Shown: positions 1 to 10,743, numbered from the stretch's first letter. The stretch: DNA of 64,000 nucleotides from Rhodocyclaceae bacterium (GCA_036732025.1 DAINDE010000009.1:10941-74940), one strand, 5' to 3'. Program-made: numbers and translations. Notes: generated by a model from the sequence alone, not told the origin.

Positions 1-100
1 GCGCATGCACTACATCCGCATCCTGCCGGGGGACAAGGTGACGGTGCAATTGACGCCCTACGATTTGAGCAAGGCCCGGATCACCTTCCGGGCAAAGTAA
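1..100 (+). CDS. infA: translation initiation factor IF-1, 3' fragment (start lies upstream of the window)
   Basis: Reading from nt 2 gives [32 protein letters not shown] with TAA at 98-100. This is the conserved IF-1 C-terminus, and it sits directly upstream of rpmJ-rpsM. Confidence 0.85.
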   Translation, partial: RMHYIRILPGDKVTVQLTPYDLSKARITFRAK

Positions 101-177
101 ACAGAATTCTCTACGCAATAAACCGCGGGGTTAGGAATCACGGCTGCTTCCGAGCTCTCGCAGACGAGGAGTGAAAC

Positions 178-291
178 ATGAAAGTGCAACCTTCTGTGAA
201 GTGTATCTGCCGCAATTGCAAGGTCATCCGTCGCAAGGGCGTCGTGCGCATCATCTGCAAGGACCCGCGTCATAAGCAGCGCCAGGGCTAA
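178..291 (+). CDS. rpmJ: 50S ribosomal protein L36
   Basis: ATG 178, TAA 289-291, GAGGAG at 166-171. Translates to [37 protein letters not shown] (37 aa), the Cys/His zinc-ribbon L36. It is below the size cut-off of the ORF track. Confidence 0.95.
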   Translation: MKVQPSVKCICRNCKVIRRKGVVRIICKDPRHKQRQG

Positions 292-344
292 GTGCCCGGC
301 GTGAGTCCGGTATTCGTTAATTTTCGAAAAATTGGAGTGATTCG

Positions 345-707
345 ATGGCCCGTATCGCAGGGGTAAACATTTCGAACCATCAGCATGCCGAAATCGCTCT
401 GACCGCGATTTACGGTATCGGCCGTACCCGTGCCCAGAAGATCTGTGACGCGGCCGGCATTGTCCGTACCACCAAGGTGAAGGATCTGTCCGACGCCGAC
501 ATGGATCGCCTGCGCGAGGAAGTGGGCAAATACACCGTCGAGGGCGATCTGCGCCGCGAGGTGACCATGAGCATCAAGCGCCTCATGGACCTGGGCTGCT
601 ACCGCGGCCTGCGTCACCGCAAGGGCCTGCCCTGCCGCGGCCAGCGCACCCGTACCAACGCTCGTACCCGCAAGGGTCCGCGCAAGGCCATCGCCGGCAA
701 GAAGTAA
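345..707 (+). CDS. rpsM: 30S ribosomal protein S13
   Basis: 120-aa [33 protein letters not shown]..., canonical S13, first gene of the alpha operon order. Confidence 0.97.
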   Translation: MARIAGVNISNHQHAEIALTAIYGIGRTRAQKICDAAGIVRTTKVKDLSDADMDRLREEVGKYTVEGDLRREVTMSIKRLMDLGCYRGLRHRKGLPCRGQRTRTNARTRKGPRKAIAGKK

Positions 708-719
708 TAGGGACGAAAC

Positions 720-1109
720 ATGGCAAAGACTGCTACCAAAGTTCGCAAGAAGGTCAAGAAGAACGTGGCCGAGGGCATTGCCCACATCCACGCTTCCTTC
801 AACAACACCATCATCACCATCACCGATCGCCAGGGCAATGCGCTGTCCTGGGCCACCTCCGGTGGTGCCGGCTTCCGCGGTTCCCGTAAGTCCACCCCTT
901 TCGCCGCCCAGGTGGCTGCCGAGGCGGCTGGCAAAGCGGCCCAGGAATGTGGCGTCAAGAATCTGGAAGTCCGCATCAAGGGGCCCGGTCCCGGCCGCGA
1001 ATCTTCGGTCCGCGCCCTCAACGCGCTGGGCATGAAGATCACCGCCATTTCCGACGTCACGCCGGTTCCCCACAACGGTTGCCGTCCGCCCAAGAAGCGC
1101 CGCATCTAA
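720..1109 (+). CDS. rpsK: 30S ribosomal protein S11
   Basis: 129-aa ORF with [28 protein letters not shown] and a C-terminal [12 protein letters not shown] signature. Confidence 0.97.
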   Translation: MAKTATKVRKKVKKNVAEGIAHIHASFNNTIITITDRQGNALSWATSGGAGFRGSRKSTPFAAQVAAEAAGKAAQECGVKNLEVRIKGPGPGRESSVRALNALGMKITAISDVTPVPHNGCRPPKKRRI

Positions 1110-1121
1110 GGAGAAAGACAA

Positions 1122-1751
1122 GTGGCTCGTAATCTCGATCCGAAATGCCGTCAGTGCCGCCGCGAAGGCGAAAAGCTCTTTTTGAAGGGCGAAAAGTGCT
1201 ACACGGACAAGTGCGCCATTGAGCGTCGTTCCTATGCGCCCGGCCAGCACGGCCAGAAATCCGGTGCCCGTCTTTCCGACTATGGCGTCCACCTGCGTGC
1301 CAAGCAGAAGATCCGTCGCGTTTATGGCGTGCTCGAAGGCCAATTCCGCAAGACCTTCTTCGAAGCCGAGCGCCGCAAGGGCCAGACCGGCGAAAACCTG
1401 CTGCAGTTGCTGGAAGCGCGCCTGGATTCCGTCGCCTACCGCATGGGCTTCGGTGCTTCCCGTGCCGAGTCCCGCCAGGTCGTCCGCCACAATGGGGTGC
1501 TGGTCAACGGCAAGCGGGTCAATATCCCGTCCTACGTGGTCAAGCCCGGCGACGTGGTGCAACTGACCGACCGTGCCAAGGGTTCCCTGCGCGTCAAGGC
1601 CGCCCTCGAGGCCGCCGAGTCCCGCGGCTTCCCCGAGTGGATCTCCGTCGACGTCAAGGAAGGCAAGGGTACCTTCAAGGCCATGCCGCAGCGTTCCGAA
1701 TTGCCGTCGACCCTGAACGAAGGTCTGGTCATCGAACTTTATTCGAAGTAA
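1122..1751 (+). CDS. rpsD: 30S ribosomal protein S4
   Basis: 209-aa ORF with GTG start. The N-terminus is [31 protein letters not shown], followed by an S4 RNA-binding domain. Confidence 0.97.
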   Translation: MARNLDPKCRQCRREGEKLFLKGEKCYTDKCAIERRSYAPGQHGQKSGARLSDYGVHLRAKQKIRRVYGVLEGQFRKTFFEAERRKGQTGENLLQLLEARLDSVAYRMGFGASRAESRQVVRHNGVLVNGKRVNIPSYVVKPGDVVQLTDRAKGSLRVKAALEAAESRGFPEWISVDVKEGKGTFKAMPQRSELPSTLNEGLVIELYSK

Positions 1752-1775
1752 TCACCGAGGTCAGGAAACTTGCCC

Positions 1776-2750
1776 ATGCAAAGCAGTGGACTTCTGAAAC
1801 CCCGCATCATCGACGTGCAAAGCGTTTCTCCGGTGCAGGCCAAGGTTGTGATGGAGCCGTTCGAACGCGGCTTCGGTCACACCCTGGGCAATGCCCTGCG
1901 CCGCATCCTGCTCTCTTCCATGCCGGGCTACGCCCCCACGGAAGTGACCATGGATGGCGTTCTGCACGAGTACTCCACCGTGGATGGTGTCCAGGAAGAT
2001 GTCGTTGACATCCTTCTCAACCTCAAGGGCGTGGTGTTCAAGCTGCACAACCGCGAGGTCGTCACCCTGAACCTGTCCAAGGAAGGCGAAGGCGTTGTCC
2101 GTGCCGGCGACATCGAGTTGCCCCACGACGTCGAGATCATCAACCCCGAGCACGTCATCGCTCACCTCTCCCCGGGCGGCAAGTTGTCCATGGAGATCAA
2201 GGTGGAGAAGGGCCGCGGCTACGTCCCCGGCAACGTGCGCAACCTGGGCGACTCCAAGACCATCGGCAAGCTGGTCCTGGACGCTTCCTACAGCCCCATC
2301 CGCCGCGTCGCCTACAACGTCGAGAGTGCCCGCGTCGAGCAGCGTACCGACCTGGACAAGCTGATCGTCGATATCGAAACCAACGGCGTCGTCGAGCCGG
2401 AAGAAGCCATCCGCTACGCCGCCCGCGTGCTGATGGAACAGCTCTCCGTCTTCGCCGACCTGGAAGGCACCGCCCCGGTGGCGGAGGCTTCCAAGCCGGC
2501 CCAGGTGGACCCGGTGCTGCTCCGCCCGGTGGACGATCTCGAATTGACGGTTCGCTCTGCCAACTGCCTGAAGGCCGAGAACATCTACTACATCGGCGAC
2601 CTCATCCAGCGTACCGAGAACGAGCTCTTGAAGACCCCCAACCTGGGTCGCAAGTCGCTCAACGAAATCAAGGAAGTGCTGGCTGCCCGCGGTCTGACCC
2701 TGGGTATGAAACTCGAGAACTGGCCGCCCGCCGGTCTGGAAAAGGCCTGA
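1776..2750 (+). CDS. rpoA: DNA-directed RNA polymerase subunit alpha
   Basis: The track ORF starts at TTG 1770, but the in-frame ATG at 1776 gives the usual [15 protein letters not shown]-terminus. The C-terminal domain [22 protein letters not shown] is present. Confidence 0.96.
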   Translation: MQSSGLLKPRIIDVQSVSPVQAKVVMEPFERGFGHTLGNALRRILLSSMPGYAPTEVTMDGVLHEYSTVDGVQEDVVDILLNLKGVVFKLHNREVVTLNLSKEGEGVVRAGDIELPHDVEIINPEHVIAHLSPGGKLSMEIKVEKGRGYVPGNVRNLGDSKTIGKLVLDASYSPIRRVAYNVESARVEQRTDLDKLIVDIETNGVVEPEEAIRYAARVLMEQLSVFADLEGTAPVAEASKPAQVDPVLLRPVDDLELTVRSANCLKAENIYYIGDLIQRTENELLKTPNLGRKSLNEIKEVLAARGLTLGMKLENWPPAGLEKA

Positions 2751-2809
2751 TCGGCCTTCCCCGACCGCGGCAGCCAAGGGACGCCTGCAGAATATAGAAA
2801 GGATTAACC

Positions 2810-3211
2810 ATGCGTCACCGTAATGGACTTCGCAAACTCAACCGTACCAGCAGCCATCGCCTGGCGATGCTGCGCAACATGACCGTTTCGCTGCTCCGCC
2901 ACGAAGCGATCAAGACCACGCTGCCCAAGGCCAAAGAACTGCGTCGCGTCGTCGAGCCCATGATTACCCTGGGCAAGACGCCGACCCTGGCCAACAAGCG
3001 CCTGGCCTTCGACCGCCTGCGCGACCGCGAGATCGTGGTCAAGCTCTTCGCCGAAATCGGCCCGCGCTACGCGGCCCGTCCCGGTGGCTACCTGCGCATC
3101 CTCAAGTGCGGTTTCCGCGTTGGCGACAACGCGCCGATGGCCTTCGTCGAACTCGTGGATCGCCCCGAGCCGACGGAGCCCGTCGAAGTGGCCGAGGAAG
3201 CTGCCGCCTAA
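2810..3211 (+). CDS. rplQ: 50S ribosomal protein L17
   Basis: 133-aa [27 protein letters not shown]..., canonical L17, last gene of the alpha operon. Confidence 0.97.
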   Translation: MRHRNGLRKLNRTSSHRLAMLRNMTVSLLRHEAIKTTLPKAKELRRVVEPMITLGKTPTLANKRLAFDRLRDREIVVKLFAEIGPRYAARPGGYLRILKCGFRVGDNAPMAFVELVDRPEPTEPVEVAEEAAA

Positions 3212-3232
3212 GTCGGCTTGTTCACCGCTACG

Positions 3233-3262
3233 AAAGGCCGGAGGAAACTCCGGCCTTTTTTC
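3233..3262 (+). terminator. Rho-independent terminator of the alpha operon, lying between convergent rplQ and gltL
   Basis: AAAGGCCGGAG (3233-3243), loop GAAA, CTCCGGCCTTT (3248-3258) running into a T-tract to 3261. It lies 22 nt after the rplQ stop. The complementary A-run is short, so it is weaker on the minus strand. Confidence 0.85.
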
Positions 3263-3273
3263 TTGGGCGGTCC

Positions 3274-4002
3274 TCAGTGCTGCAGGATCTTGGCCAGGAA
3301 CTGCTGGGCCCGCTCCGAGCGGGGGTTGGCGAAGAAGGTTTCCGTGCCCTCGTCCTCGACGATGCGGCCGTGGTCCATGAAGATCACCCGGTGGGCCACC
3401 CGCTTGGCGAAGCCCATCTCGTGGGTGACGCACATCATGGTCATGCCCTCCTGGGCCAGCTCGGTCATGACGTCCAGCACCTCGTTGATCATCTCCGGGT
3501 CCAGGGCCGAGGTGGGCTCGTCGAAAAGCATGCAGATGGGGTCCATGGCCAGGGCCCGGGCGATGGCCACCCGCTGCTGCTGGCCGCCGGAAAGCTGGCC
3601 GGGGAACTTGTGGGCGTGGGCCTTCAGCCCCACCCGGTCGAGGAGCTTCAGGCCCTTGTCCACCGCCTCGTCACGGCCGCGCTTCAACACCTTCATCTGG
3701 GCAATGGCCAGGTTGTCGGTGATGCTCATGTGGGGAAAGAGTTCGAAGTGCTGGAAGACCATGCCCACCCGGGCCCGCAGCTTGGACAGGTTGGTCCGGG
3801 GGTCGCCGACGGAGGTGCCATCGACGACGATGTTGCCGGCCTGGAAGGGCTCCAGGCCATTGACGCACTTGATGAGGGTGGACTTGCCGGAGCCCGAGGG
3901 GCCGCAGACCACCACCACCTCGCCCTTGGCGATGGTGGTGCTGCAGTCCTTGAGGACTTCGAAGCTGCCGTACCACTTGGATACCTTGTCGATCTCGATC
4001 AC
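3274..4002 (-). CDS. gltL: glutamate/aspartate ABC transporter ATP-binding protein
   Basis: Only the C-terminal 242 codons of the 684-aa track ORF are credible. A GTG at 4002 gives (M)[19 protein letters not shown]...GPSGSGKST (Walker A), LSGGQQQR and [10 protein letters not shown]. The start overlaps the gltK stop (GTGA). Confidence 0.93.
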   Translation of the reverse strand: MIEIDKVSKWYGSFEVLKDCSTTIAKGEVVVVCGPSGSGKSTLIKCVNGLEPFQAGNIVVDGTSVGDPRTNLSKLRARVGMVFQHFELFPHMSITDNLAIAQMKVLKRGRDEAVDKGLKLLDRVGLKAHAHKFPGQLSGGQQQRVAIARALAMDPICMLFDEPTSALDPEMINEVLDVMTELAQEGMTMMCVTHEMGFAKRVAHRVIFMDHGRIVEDEGTETFFANPRSERAQQFLAKILQH

Positions 4003-4673
4003 TTGACGTACCTCGCTTGCAGGCGGCGGACCAGTTGGGAGGCGGAGAAACAGAGGACGAAATAGACCGCGCCGGCGAAGAGCAGCAGTTCCACCAGGCG
4101 GCCGTCCCGGTCGCCCACCTTGTAGGCGGTACCGAAGAAGTCGGAGAGGCCGATGACATAGACCAGGGATGTGTCCTGGAAGAGGATGATGGCCTGGGTG
4201 AGCAGCAGGGGCACCATGTTGCGGAAGGCCTGGGGCAGCACCACCAGGCGCATCGTCTGGCCGGGCGTGAGGCCGAGGGCGAGCCCCGCCGCCACCTGGC
4301 CCTTGGGTACGCTCTGGATGCCGGCGCGGATGATTTCCGAATAGTAGGCCGCCTCGAAGAGGGCGAAGGCGACCAGGGCCGAGGTGAGCCGGATATCGGC
4401 GATGCCCTCCCCGAAGATCGCCCGCAGCACCTGGGGAACGATGAGGTAGAACCACAGGATGACCATCACCAGCGGCACCGAGCGGAAGAGATTGACATAG
4501 CCGGCGGCCAGGGCGGCGACGATGCGGTTGCTGCCTAGCCGGGCAACGGCCAGTACCGTGCCCCAGACAATGCCGACGACGATGGCGGTGGCCGTCACCT
4601 CGAGGGTGATGGTCATTCCCCTGGCGAGAAGGGGCAGGGCACCGGGAATGGAAGACCAGTCGAATTCGTACAT
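3999..4673 (-). CDS. gltK: glutamate/aspartate ABC transporter permease
   Basis: 224-aa polytopic ORF of the polar amino-acid permease family (HisM/GltK-like), sandwiched in gltIJKL order. Confidence 0.9.
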   Translation of the reverse strand: MYEFDWSSIPGALPLLARGMTITLEVTATAIVVGIVWGTVLAVARLGSNRIVAALAAGYVNLFRSVPLVMVILWFYLIVPQVLRAIFGEGIADIRLTSALVAFALFEAAYYSEIIRAGIQSVPKGQVAAGLALGLTPGQTMRLVVLPQAFRNMVPLLLTQAIILFQDTSLVYVIGLSDFFGTAYKVGDRDGRLVELLLFAGAVYFVLCFSASQLVRRLQARYVK

Positions 4674-4676
4674 GGG

Positions 4677-5417
4677 CTATTTCCCTCCCCCGACGTAGCC
4701 GGGAATCTGCACCCGCCTTTCCAGGCGGCGCATGAGGAACATCACCGTGGCGTTGATCAGGATGTAGAGCAGGGTCACGGCCAGGAAGGCCTCGTAGGGT
4801 TGGGCGGTGTAATCCACCAGTTGCTGGGCCTGGCGGGACAGTTCGATGAGGCCGATGGTGGTGGCGACGGCGGAGTTCTTGAAGATGTTGAGGAATTCCG
4901 AGGTGAGCGGCGGGATGACGATGCGCAGGGCCATGGGCAGCATGACATGGCGGTAGGTCTGGGGCAGGGTGAGGCCCAGGGCCAGGGCGGCGTTCTTCTG
5001 GCCCCGGGGCAGGGAACCGATGCCGGCCCGCACCTGCTCCGCCACCCGGGCACTGGTGAACAGCCCGAGGCAGAGCATCGCCGCCAGGAACTGCTGGAGG
5101 AGAGGGTCGGCCTGCTTGAAGGCGTTGCCCCACTGGGGCGGGAGCAGTTCGGGGAGGACGAAGTACCAGGAAAAGAGCTGGACGAGGAGAGGGACGTTGC
5201 GGAAGAGTTCCACCCAGGTCGCCGCCAGGCCCGCCAGCCAGCGGTTGGGTACAGTGCGCAGCACGCCGACCAGGGCGCCTACCGCCAGGGCGATGACCCA
5301 GGCGGAAAGGGAAAGGCCGATGGTCCACTTGAGCCCGGTGAACAACCAGCCCAGGTAGGTGCTGTCACCGGCCGGGGTCGGTTGCAGAAAGACCGACCAG
5401 TTCCAGTTGTAGCTCAT
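4677..5417 (-). CDS. gltJ: glutamate/aspartate ABC transporter permease
   Basis: 246-aa polytopic ORF of the polar amino-acid permease family, 3 nt upstream of gltK. Confidence 0.9.
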   Translation of the reverse strand: MSYNWNWSVFLQPTPAGDSTYLGWLFTGLKWTIGLSLSAWVIALAVGALVGVLRTVPNRWLAGLAATWVELFRNVPLLVQLFSWYFVLPELLPPQWGNAFKQADPLLQQFLAAMLCLGLFTSARVAEQVRAGIGSLPRGQKNAALALGLTLPQTYRHVMLPMALRIVIPPLTSEFLNIFKNSAVATTIGLIELSRQAQQLVDYTAQPYEAFLAVTLLYILINATVMFLMRRLERRVQIPGYVGGGK

Positions 5418-5483
5418 GATGCCCCTCCACGGATGGGCAGCGGGCTGCCCCGCCCTGCCGGGTCGCCCCGGTGCCGGGCTGAA

Positions 5484-6371
5484 TCAGTCGAAAGCCTTGT
5501 CGTTGGGCGCCTTGTAGAGGGTCTTCATGTCGTCCGACAGGGGCATGTTGAGATTCAGCCCCTTGGGCGGGATGGGGTTCATGAACCATTTGGCGTAGAT
5601 CTTCTCGGCGTCGCCCGAAGTCATGGCCTTGGTCAGCGCCGCATCGACCACCTTCTTGAAGCCCGGGTCGTCCTTCCTCAGCATGCAGCCGTAGGCTTCC
5701 TTCGATTGGGGCGTGCCCACCACCACCCAGTCGCCGGGCTTCTTGGCCTTGGCCATCTCGCCGAAGAGCAGCGCGTCGTCCATCATGAAGGCCACCGCCC
5801 GGCCGGTTTCCAGGGTGAGGAAGCTCTCCCCGTGGTCCTTGGCGGAGATGATGTTCATGCCCATCTTCTTGTCTTCGTTCATCTTGCGGATGAGCCGCTC
5901 GGAGGTGGTGCCGGCGGTGGTGACGACGTTCTTGCCGGCGAGGTCGGGGAAGTCCTTGATGCCGGAGTCCTTCTTGGTCATCAGGCGGGTGCCGATGACG
6001 AAGATGGTGGTGGAGAAGCCGACCTGTTTCTGCCGTTCCAGGTTGTTGGTGGTGGAGCCGCATTCGATGTCGACGGTGCCGTTCTGGACCAGGGTGATGC
6101 GGTTGGCAGAGGTGACGGGCATCAGCTTGGTGTCGAGCTTGGCGAGCTTCAGTTCGGCCTTGAGGGCGTCGACCACCTTCAGCATCAGCTCCTGGGAATA
6201 GCCGATGACCTGCTGCTTGTCGTCGTAGTAGGAGAAGGGGATGGACGATTCCCGGTGGCCCAGGGTGATCGAGCCGGTGTCCTTGATCTTCTTGAGGGTG
6301 GGGGACTCCTGGGCGAAGGCCGGAGCGGCGAGGAAGCAGGTGGCGACCAGTGCGGCGATGCGTGCTTTCAT
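5484..6371 (-). CDS. gltI: glutamate/aspartate periplasmic binding protein
   Basis: 295-aa ORF with a signal peptide. Long stretches match my memory of E. coli GltI: GHRESSIPFSYYDDKQQVIGYSQ, ECGSTTNNLERQKQVGFS, ISAKDHGESF, GRAVAFMMDDALL, EAYGCMLRKDDPGFKK and NPIPPKGLNLNMPLSDDMK. AGGAGA RBS at 6377-6382. Confidence 0.95.
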   Translation of the reverse strand: MKARIAALVATCFLAAPAFAQESPTLKKIKDTGSITLGHRESSIPFSYYDDKQQVIGYSQELMLKVVDALKAELKLAKLDTKLMPVTSANRITLVQNGTVDIECGSTTNNLERQKQVGFSTTIFVIGTRLMTKKDSGIKDFPDLAGKNVVTTAGTTSERLIRKMNEDKKMGMNIISAKDHGESFLTLETGRAVAFMMDDALLFGEMAKAKKPGDWVVVGTPQSKEAYGCMLRKDDPGFKKVVDAALTKAMTSGDAEKIYAKWFMNPIPPKGLNLNMPLSDDMKTLYKAPNDKAFD

Positions 6372-6393
6372 GGGCTTCTTCTCCTATAGCAGG

Positions 6394-7953
6394 TCAGGGA
6401 CAGTCAATCACCATCAGGGAAATATCGTCGCTGGCGGCACCCGTCCCCAGGTGCCGCGCCAGGGCCGCCTGGATGGCCTCGAAGCGCTGGCCGGGCAGGG
6501 TGTTGGCGGCGCCGGCGATGAGACCCTCCTTGCCGAACTGCCGGCCGGCGTCGCCCTCGGCTTCGATGAGGCCGTCGGAGAACAGCACCAGTTGGCTTTC
6601 CGTACTCCAGGCAAAGCGGACCGGATCTGCGCCGATGGCGTCGTTGTCGACGATGCCCAGGGGTAATTCCGTAGAGACGAATTCCTGCGCCAAGTTCCCG
6701 CCGCGGTCGAAGAGCAGGGCCTCGGGGGTGCCGCCGACCCAGATTTCCCCTTGGGAGCGGCTTTCGTCCAGGCAGACGACGGTGGCGGCGACGAAGCGCC
6801 CAAGGGGCATGGATTCCCGCAATTGCTGGTTGAGTTCGAGTACCAGTTCGCGCACCGGGGAATCGTTGGACACCATGCGGTAGAAGACGGTGAGCAGGGG
6901 CAGCACGCTGATGGCCGCCGCCAGGCCGTGGCCGGTGGCGTCGGCCAGCAGGGCGTAGAAGCGTCCCTCCGGCGAGCGGGCTGCGGCCACCACGTCACCG
7001 CTGAAATGCTGGGCGGGAATGACTTTGTAATGGAGGCGGGGGTCCTGCAGGCCGCGCCGGTGCAACTGCTTCTGCACCAGCTTCATGGCCAGTTGCTGCT
7101 CGCCTTCGGTGTGGTCGTAGTAGGCCTGGAGCTGGTCGGCGTTTTCCCGCAGTTTGCGTTCGGCCAGCTTGCGCTCGGAAATGTCGCGCAGAACGCCGAT
7201 GAAGAGGCGGGTATTGTCCAGGCGCAACTCGGAGACTCCCAGTTCGGCGGGGAACTCGGACCCATCCCGGCGGCGGGCGGTGACCTCCCGCTCGGTGCCG
7301 ATCACGTGGGAGGGGCCGCCGGCCACGTAGGCGCGCACGTATTCGTCGTGACGTTGATGGTGGGGGGCGGGGATCAGCACGTTTACGTTCTGCCCCACCA
7401 GTTCGTCGGGCTGCCAGCCGAAGAGCCGCGCAGTGGCGTGGTTGCAGGCGATGATCCGGGCCTCGGTGTCGATGGTGATGATGGCTTCCATCACCGCGTC
7501 GGAGATGGCCTGCATGCGCTTGAAGGACTCCGCCGCCTGTTGCTGCAGGTTGAGGGAGCGCTGCATCGAGCGGATCTTGGCCTCCAGCACGATGAAGTTG
7601 ATGGGCTTGGTGAGGTAGTCGTCGCCGCCGGCTTCCAGGCCTTCGAGCAGGTTCTCGTCGCGGTTGAGGGCGGAGAGGAAGATGACCGGAACCCAGCGCT
7701 CGCTGGAGCGGGCCTTGATCTGGCGGGCCGCCTCGAAGCCGTCCATGACCGGCATCATGATGTCGAGGAGCACCATGTCCGGATGTTCCCTGTCGAAGCG
7801 CTGTACGGCTTCCTCGCCGTTCTCCGCCAGGATGACCTCGTGCCCCAGCTTCTTGAGGAAGACCTGCAGGATGTGCAGGTTGGTGCGGTTGTCATCGACC
7901 GCCAGGATGCGCAGCCGGGTCAGAGCCGGGGTCACGGTTGCTTCCTCACCCAC
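6394..7953 (-). CDS. response regulator with REC-PAS-PP2C (SpoIIE/RsbU-type) phosphatase output
   Basis: 519 aa. The receiver is ILAVDDNRTNLHIL...DMVLLDIMMPVMDGFE, followed by a PAS region. The C-terminal region SGDVVAA...LADATGHGLAAA...LFSDGLIEA is typical of SpoIIE/PP2C phosphatases. Confidence 0.85.
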   Translation of the reverse strand: MGEEATVTPALTRLRILAVDDNRTNLHILQVFLKKLGHEVILAENGEEAVQRFDREHPDMVLLDIMMPVMDGFEAARQIKARSSERWVPVIFLSALNRDENLLEGLEAGGDDYLTKPINFIVLEAKIRSMQRSLNLQQQAAESFKRMQAISDAVMEAIITIDTEARIIACNHATARLFGWQPDELVGQNVNVLIPAPHHQRHDEYVRAYVAGGPSHVIGTEREVTARRRDGSEFPAELGVSELRLDNTRLFIGVLRDISERKLAERKLRENADQLQAYYDHTEGEQQLAMKLVQKQLHRRGLQDPRLHYKVIPAQHFSGDVVAAARSPEGRFYALLADATGHGLAAAISVLPLLTVFYRMVSNDSPVRELVLELNQQLRESMPLGRFVAATVVCLDESRSQGEIWVGGTPEALLFDRGGNLAQEFVSTELPLGIVDNDAIGADPVRFAWSTESQLVLFSDGLIEAEGDAGRQFGKEGLIAGAANTLPGQRFEAIQAALARHLGTGAASDDISLMVIDCP

Positions 7954-7965
7954 GGATAGCGGAGT

Positions 7966-10710
7966 TCAGGAGTGCTTGCGCCTGTCTTGCCCATGGTGAT
8001 GCCCGCTTGCCTCCTTGGTATTCGTCTTTGGCAGCAGCACGGTGAACGTGGCGCCGCCACGGCGGTTGTTATCGGCCGTAATCGTACCATGATGGGCGCT
8101 CACGATCTCCCGGCAGATGGCCAGTCCGAGGCCGGTTCCTCCGGCTCCGGACTTGGTGCGGCTGCTCTGGACGAATTTCTCGAAGATGATCTCCCGCTCC
8201 TCGTCCGGAATGCCCACCCCCTCGTCGGCGAAAGCCACGGACAGGCCGGCGTTCAGGCTGCCGTCGCCGGGCAGCGGCGAATCCGCCAGGGTGACGGTGA
8301 TGCGGCCGTGGGGCGGGGAGAACTTGATGGCATTGGCCAGCAGGTTGTGGATGACGCGCTCGATCAGGATGCCGTCGGCCTCGATGGCCGTGGCGGCGGC
8401 CAGGTCGTCGACGATTATCTCCAGGCCCTTGGCCGGCAGCAGCGATTCGAGATGGCTGGTTGCCCGCAGCACCAGTTGCCGGACATCCACCCGGGCGATG
8501 GCCAGCGGCCGCTGGTGAGCTTCCAGGCGGGAGAGTTCCAGCAGATCGTTCACCAGGCCGAGGAGCCGCTGGGCGCTCTGGCGGATGCGCTCGAAATACT
8601 GGGCAAGCTTGTCCTGGCCGGCAGCGGCGGCACGGTCATGGCCCAGGCCGCTGAAGCTGAGGATGGCATGCATCGGCGTGCGCAGTTCATGGGACATGTT
8701 GGCGAGGAACTCGGATTTCGCCTGGCTGGCGGCGCTGGCCGCCTGCAGGGCGTCCTGGAGTTCGGCGGTGCGGGCGTCCACCAGTTCCTGCAGATGATCC
8801 CGGTGCTGGCGGAGTTCTTCGTCGGCGCGCCGGCGCTCGGTCACGTCGGTGTAAATGGTGACGAAGCCGCCCTCGGGCAGGGGCGTGCCCCGGACCTCGA
8901 TAACCTTGCCGTTGGGCCGCGTGCGTTCGAAGAGATGGGGCTGGGGATCGGCGGCCCGGGCGACGACGGCATCGGCCAGGGCTTCCGGGTCTCCGGGCCC
9001 GTAGTCGCCCCGGCGGGCGTTGAACAGCGCGACCTCGCGGAAGGTGGGCGTGCGCGGATGGAAGAGGCTCTCCGGGAAGTCGAGGATTTCCCGCAGGCGC
9101 TGGTTGGCGGCGATGAAGTTGAGATCCCGGTCGATGAGGGAAACGCCCACCGGCAGGTGGGCAAGGATGTTCTGCAGCGTCGCGTGCTGCCGGTGCAGCG
9201 CTTCCTCCATTCGCAGGCGTTCGCTGATGTCCAGGGCGATGCCGAGGAAACCGGCGATCCCGCCTGCTCCATTTCTCTGGGCGGTGACGGTCAGGCTGAC
9301 CCGCAGTCGCCGCCCATCCCGGCGCCGGTAGCTCCAGTCCCGGGTTTCATGGCCGGTACTGGCGGGCAGGGCGGTGAAAACGGCGAAACCTGCGACGGGG
9401 CGCCTCAGTTCCTCGCTGAGCGCCCGGCCCCGGGCCTCGACCTCGTCGCCATCGTGGAAGATCAGGGGCGTCTGGCGGCCGACGACTTCTGCCGCCGAAT
9501 AACCCAGCATCGCTTCCGCCCCCCGGTTGAAGAGGGTGATGGTGCCTTCGGCGTCGGTGGCGATCACGGCCACCGCGCTCGCCGCATCCAGGATGTCCTG
9601 CTTGAACTGGTCCTTGGCCCGGATGGTGGCTTCCGCCTCCCGCAGGCCTTCGGTCACCGCCCGGGCATAGGCCTGCGTTCGCTCGCCCTGGCTGGTCAGG
9701 AGGTAGATGCCCAGCGCCAGCAGGCTGCTGATGAGCATGCCGCCCAGGAAGACGAGGGTGGAATCGTCGCCGCCGCCGTAACCGCCGACCGGCTGGTACG
9801 TGGTGAAGTCGAGACGCCAGGTGCGCTGGCCGAACTGCACCTGGCGTTCGGCGGCCTGGACCGGCCCCGCGCTCGCCGGGCGGCCGGAGGCGAAGAGGAG
9901 GAGCGGCTCGGTTCCCCCGTTGGCGGCCGCCCTGACTTCCAGGCGCCAGTTTTCGCCGAGGCGATTGTGGATGGCGCCGATGAACTCATGGCCCCGGTAG
10001 GCAGTGTAGACGACGCCGGCGGCGGCTTCGCGGCGCTCCCGGACGCTGCCGAGCGGCAGTCCCGGCCGGAAGACGGGGCGCAGCATGAGGAATCCCGGGT
10101 GCCTCGAATCCCGGTCCAGGATCAGGGTGACGGGGTCGCTCAACACCGTGTCGCCCAGGTCGATGGCCCGCTCGATGGCCTCCCGCCGCGCCCTTTCGGA
10201 AAACAGGTCGAAGCCGAGAGTCTTGTCCACTGTTGTCGACGCCGGCGCGGCGATGATGACCGGGAAGGCATCCGCCGGGCCAGCGGGACGCGGGTAGACG
10301 GTGTATTCCGGCATGCCCTGCCGGCGCACGCCGCCTTCCCAGGTTGCCAAGCCGGCTGCCGGTACCCGCGGCGCATAGCCGAAGGCGACGATGCCGGGGA
10401 GCTTGCGCACGCCTTCGGTATAGGCCGCGAAGCGGCGCCAGGCCGGGAGCCCCGCCTCCTGGTGGGTGGCGAAATAGGCGCCGAAGGTGCGCAGGAACTG
10501 CTCGTGCAGCTGGAGATGATCCTCCAGTTCGGAAACCGTCAGTGCCGTGCGGGCGGCAAAGGCCTCCGCCTGGATCGTGCGGCGGGCTTCGGCATGGCGC
10601 ACGGTGAAGTAGGCGGTCGCCGCCGACAGCAGCAAAAAGACGCACAGCGGCCACAGCCAGGAAGGCCGCGGCCGGGTTCCCTCCGGGACGGGGGAGGACA
10701 AGGGAGGCAT
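7966..10710 (-). CDS. sensor histidine kinase with periplasmic CHASE domain and tandem PAS domains
   Basis: 914 aa. N-terminal TM helix, then a CHASE-like block (PGIVAFGYAPRV...TLGFDLFSERARREAIERA...PGFLMLRPVF), a second TM and two PAS regions. HisKA is [18 protein letters not shown] and the HATPase motifs are NLLANAIKF and GTGLGLAI. There is no receiver. Confidence 0.88.
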   Translation of the reverse strand: MPPLSSPVPEGTRPRPSWLWPLCVFLLLSAATAYFTVRHAEARRTIQAEAFAARTALTVSELEDHLQLHEQFLRTFGAYFATHQEAGLPAWRRFAAYTEGVRKLPGIVAFGYAPRVPAAGLATWEGGVRRQGMPEYTVYPRPAGPADAFPVIIAAPASTTVDKTLGFDLFSERARREAIERAIDLGDTVLSDPVTLILDRDSRHPGFLMLRPVFRPGLPLGSVRERREAAAGVVYTAYRGHEFIGAIHNRLGENWRLEVRAAANGGTEPLLLFASGRPASAGPVQAAERQVQFGQRTWRLDFTTYQPVGGYGGGDDSTLVFLGGMLISSLLALGIYLLTSQGERTQAYARAVTEGLREAEATIRAKDQFKQDILDAASAVAVIATDAEGTITLFNRGAEAMLGYSAAEVVGRQTPLIFHDGDEVEARGRALSEELRRPVAGFAVFTALPASTGHETRDWSYRRRDGRRLRVSLTVTAQRNGAGGIAGFLGIALDISERLRMEEALHRQHATLQNILAHLPVGVSLIDRDLNFIAANQRLREILDFPESLFHPRTPTFREVALFNARRGDYGPGDPEALADAVVARAADPQPHLFERTRPNGKVIEVRGTPLPEGGFVTIYTDVTERRRADEELRQHRDHLQELVDARTAELQDALQAASAASQAKSEFLANMSHELRTPMHAILSFSGLGHDRAAAAGQDKLAQYFERIRQSAQRLLGLVNDLLELSRLEAHQRPLAIARVDVRQLVLRATSHLESLLPAKGLEIIVDDLAAATAIEADGILIERVIHNLLANAIKFSPPHGRITVTLADSPLPGDGSLNAGLSVAFADEGVGIPDEEREIIFEKFVQSSRTKSGAGGTGLGLAICREIVSAHHGTITADNNRRGGATFTVLLPKTNTKEASGHHHGQDRRKHS

Positions 10711-10743
10711 GGCATCGGCAGGTTGTTTTTTCTGGTCAGTATA

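Noticed and set aside
288-1562. 424-aa minus-strand ORF across rpsM-rpsK-rpsD, and similar antisense ORFs at 1761-2777 and 2804-3433.
   Set aside because: They are antisense to universally conserved ribosomal and rpoA genes and show no protein-like motifs.
4003-5328. N-terminal 442-codon extension of the gltL ORF (track ORF 3274-5328).
   Set aside because: The extension overlaps gltK and gltJ out of frame and is Pro/Arg/Gly-rich. The ABC ATPase domain begins at the GTG at 4002, which overlaps the gltK stop.
5435-5450. Small GC hairpin GGGCAG-CGGG-CTGCCC between gltI and gltJ.
   Set aside because: Short intercistronic hairpins after binding-protein genes are common mRNA-stability elements in ABC operons. 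A 6-bp stem is too weak to call a feature on its own.
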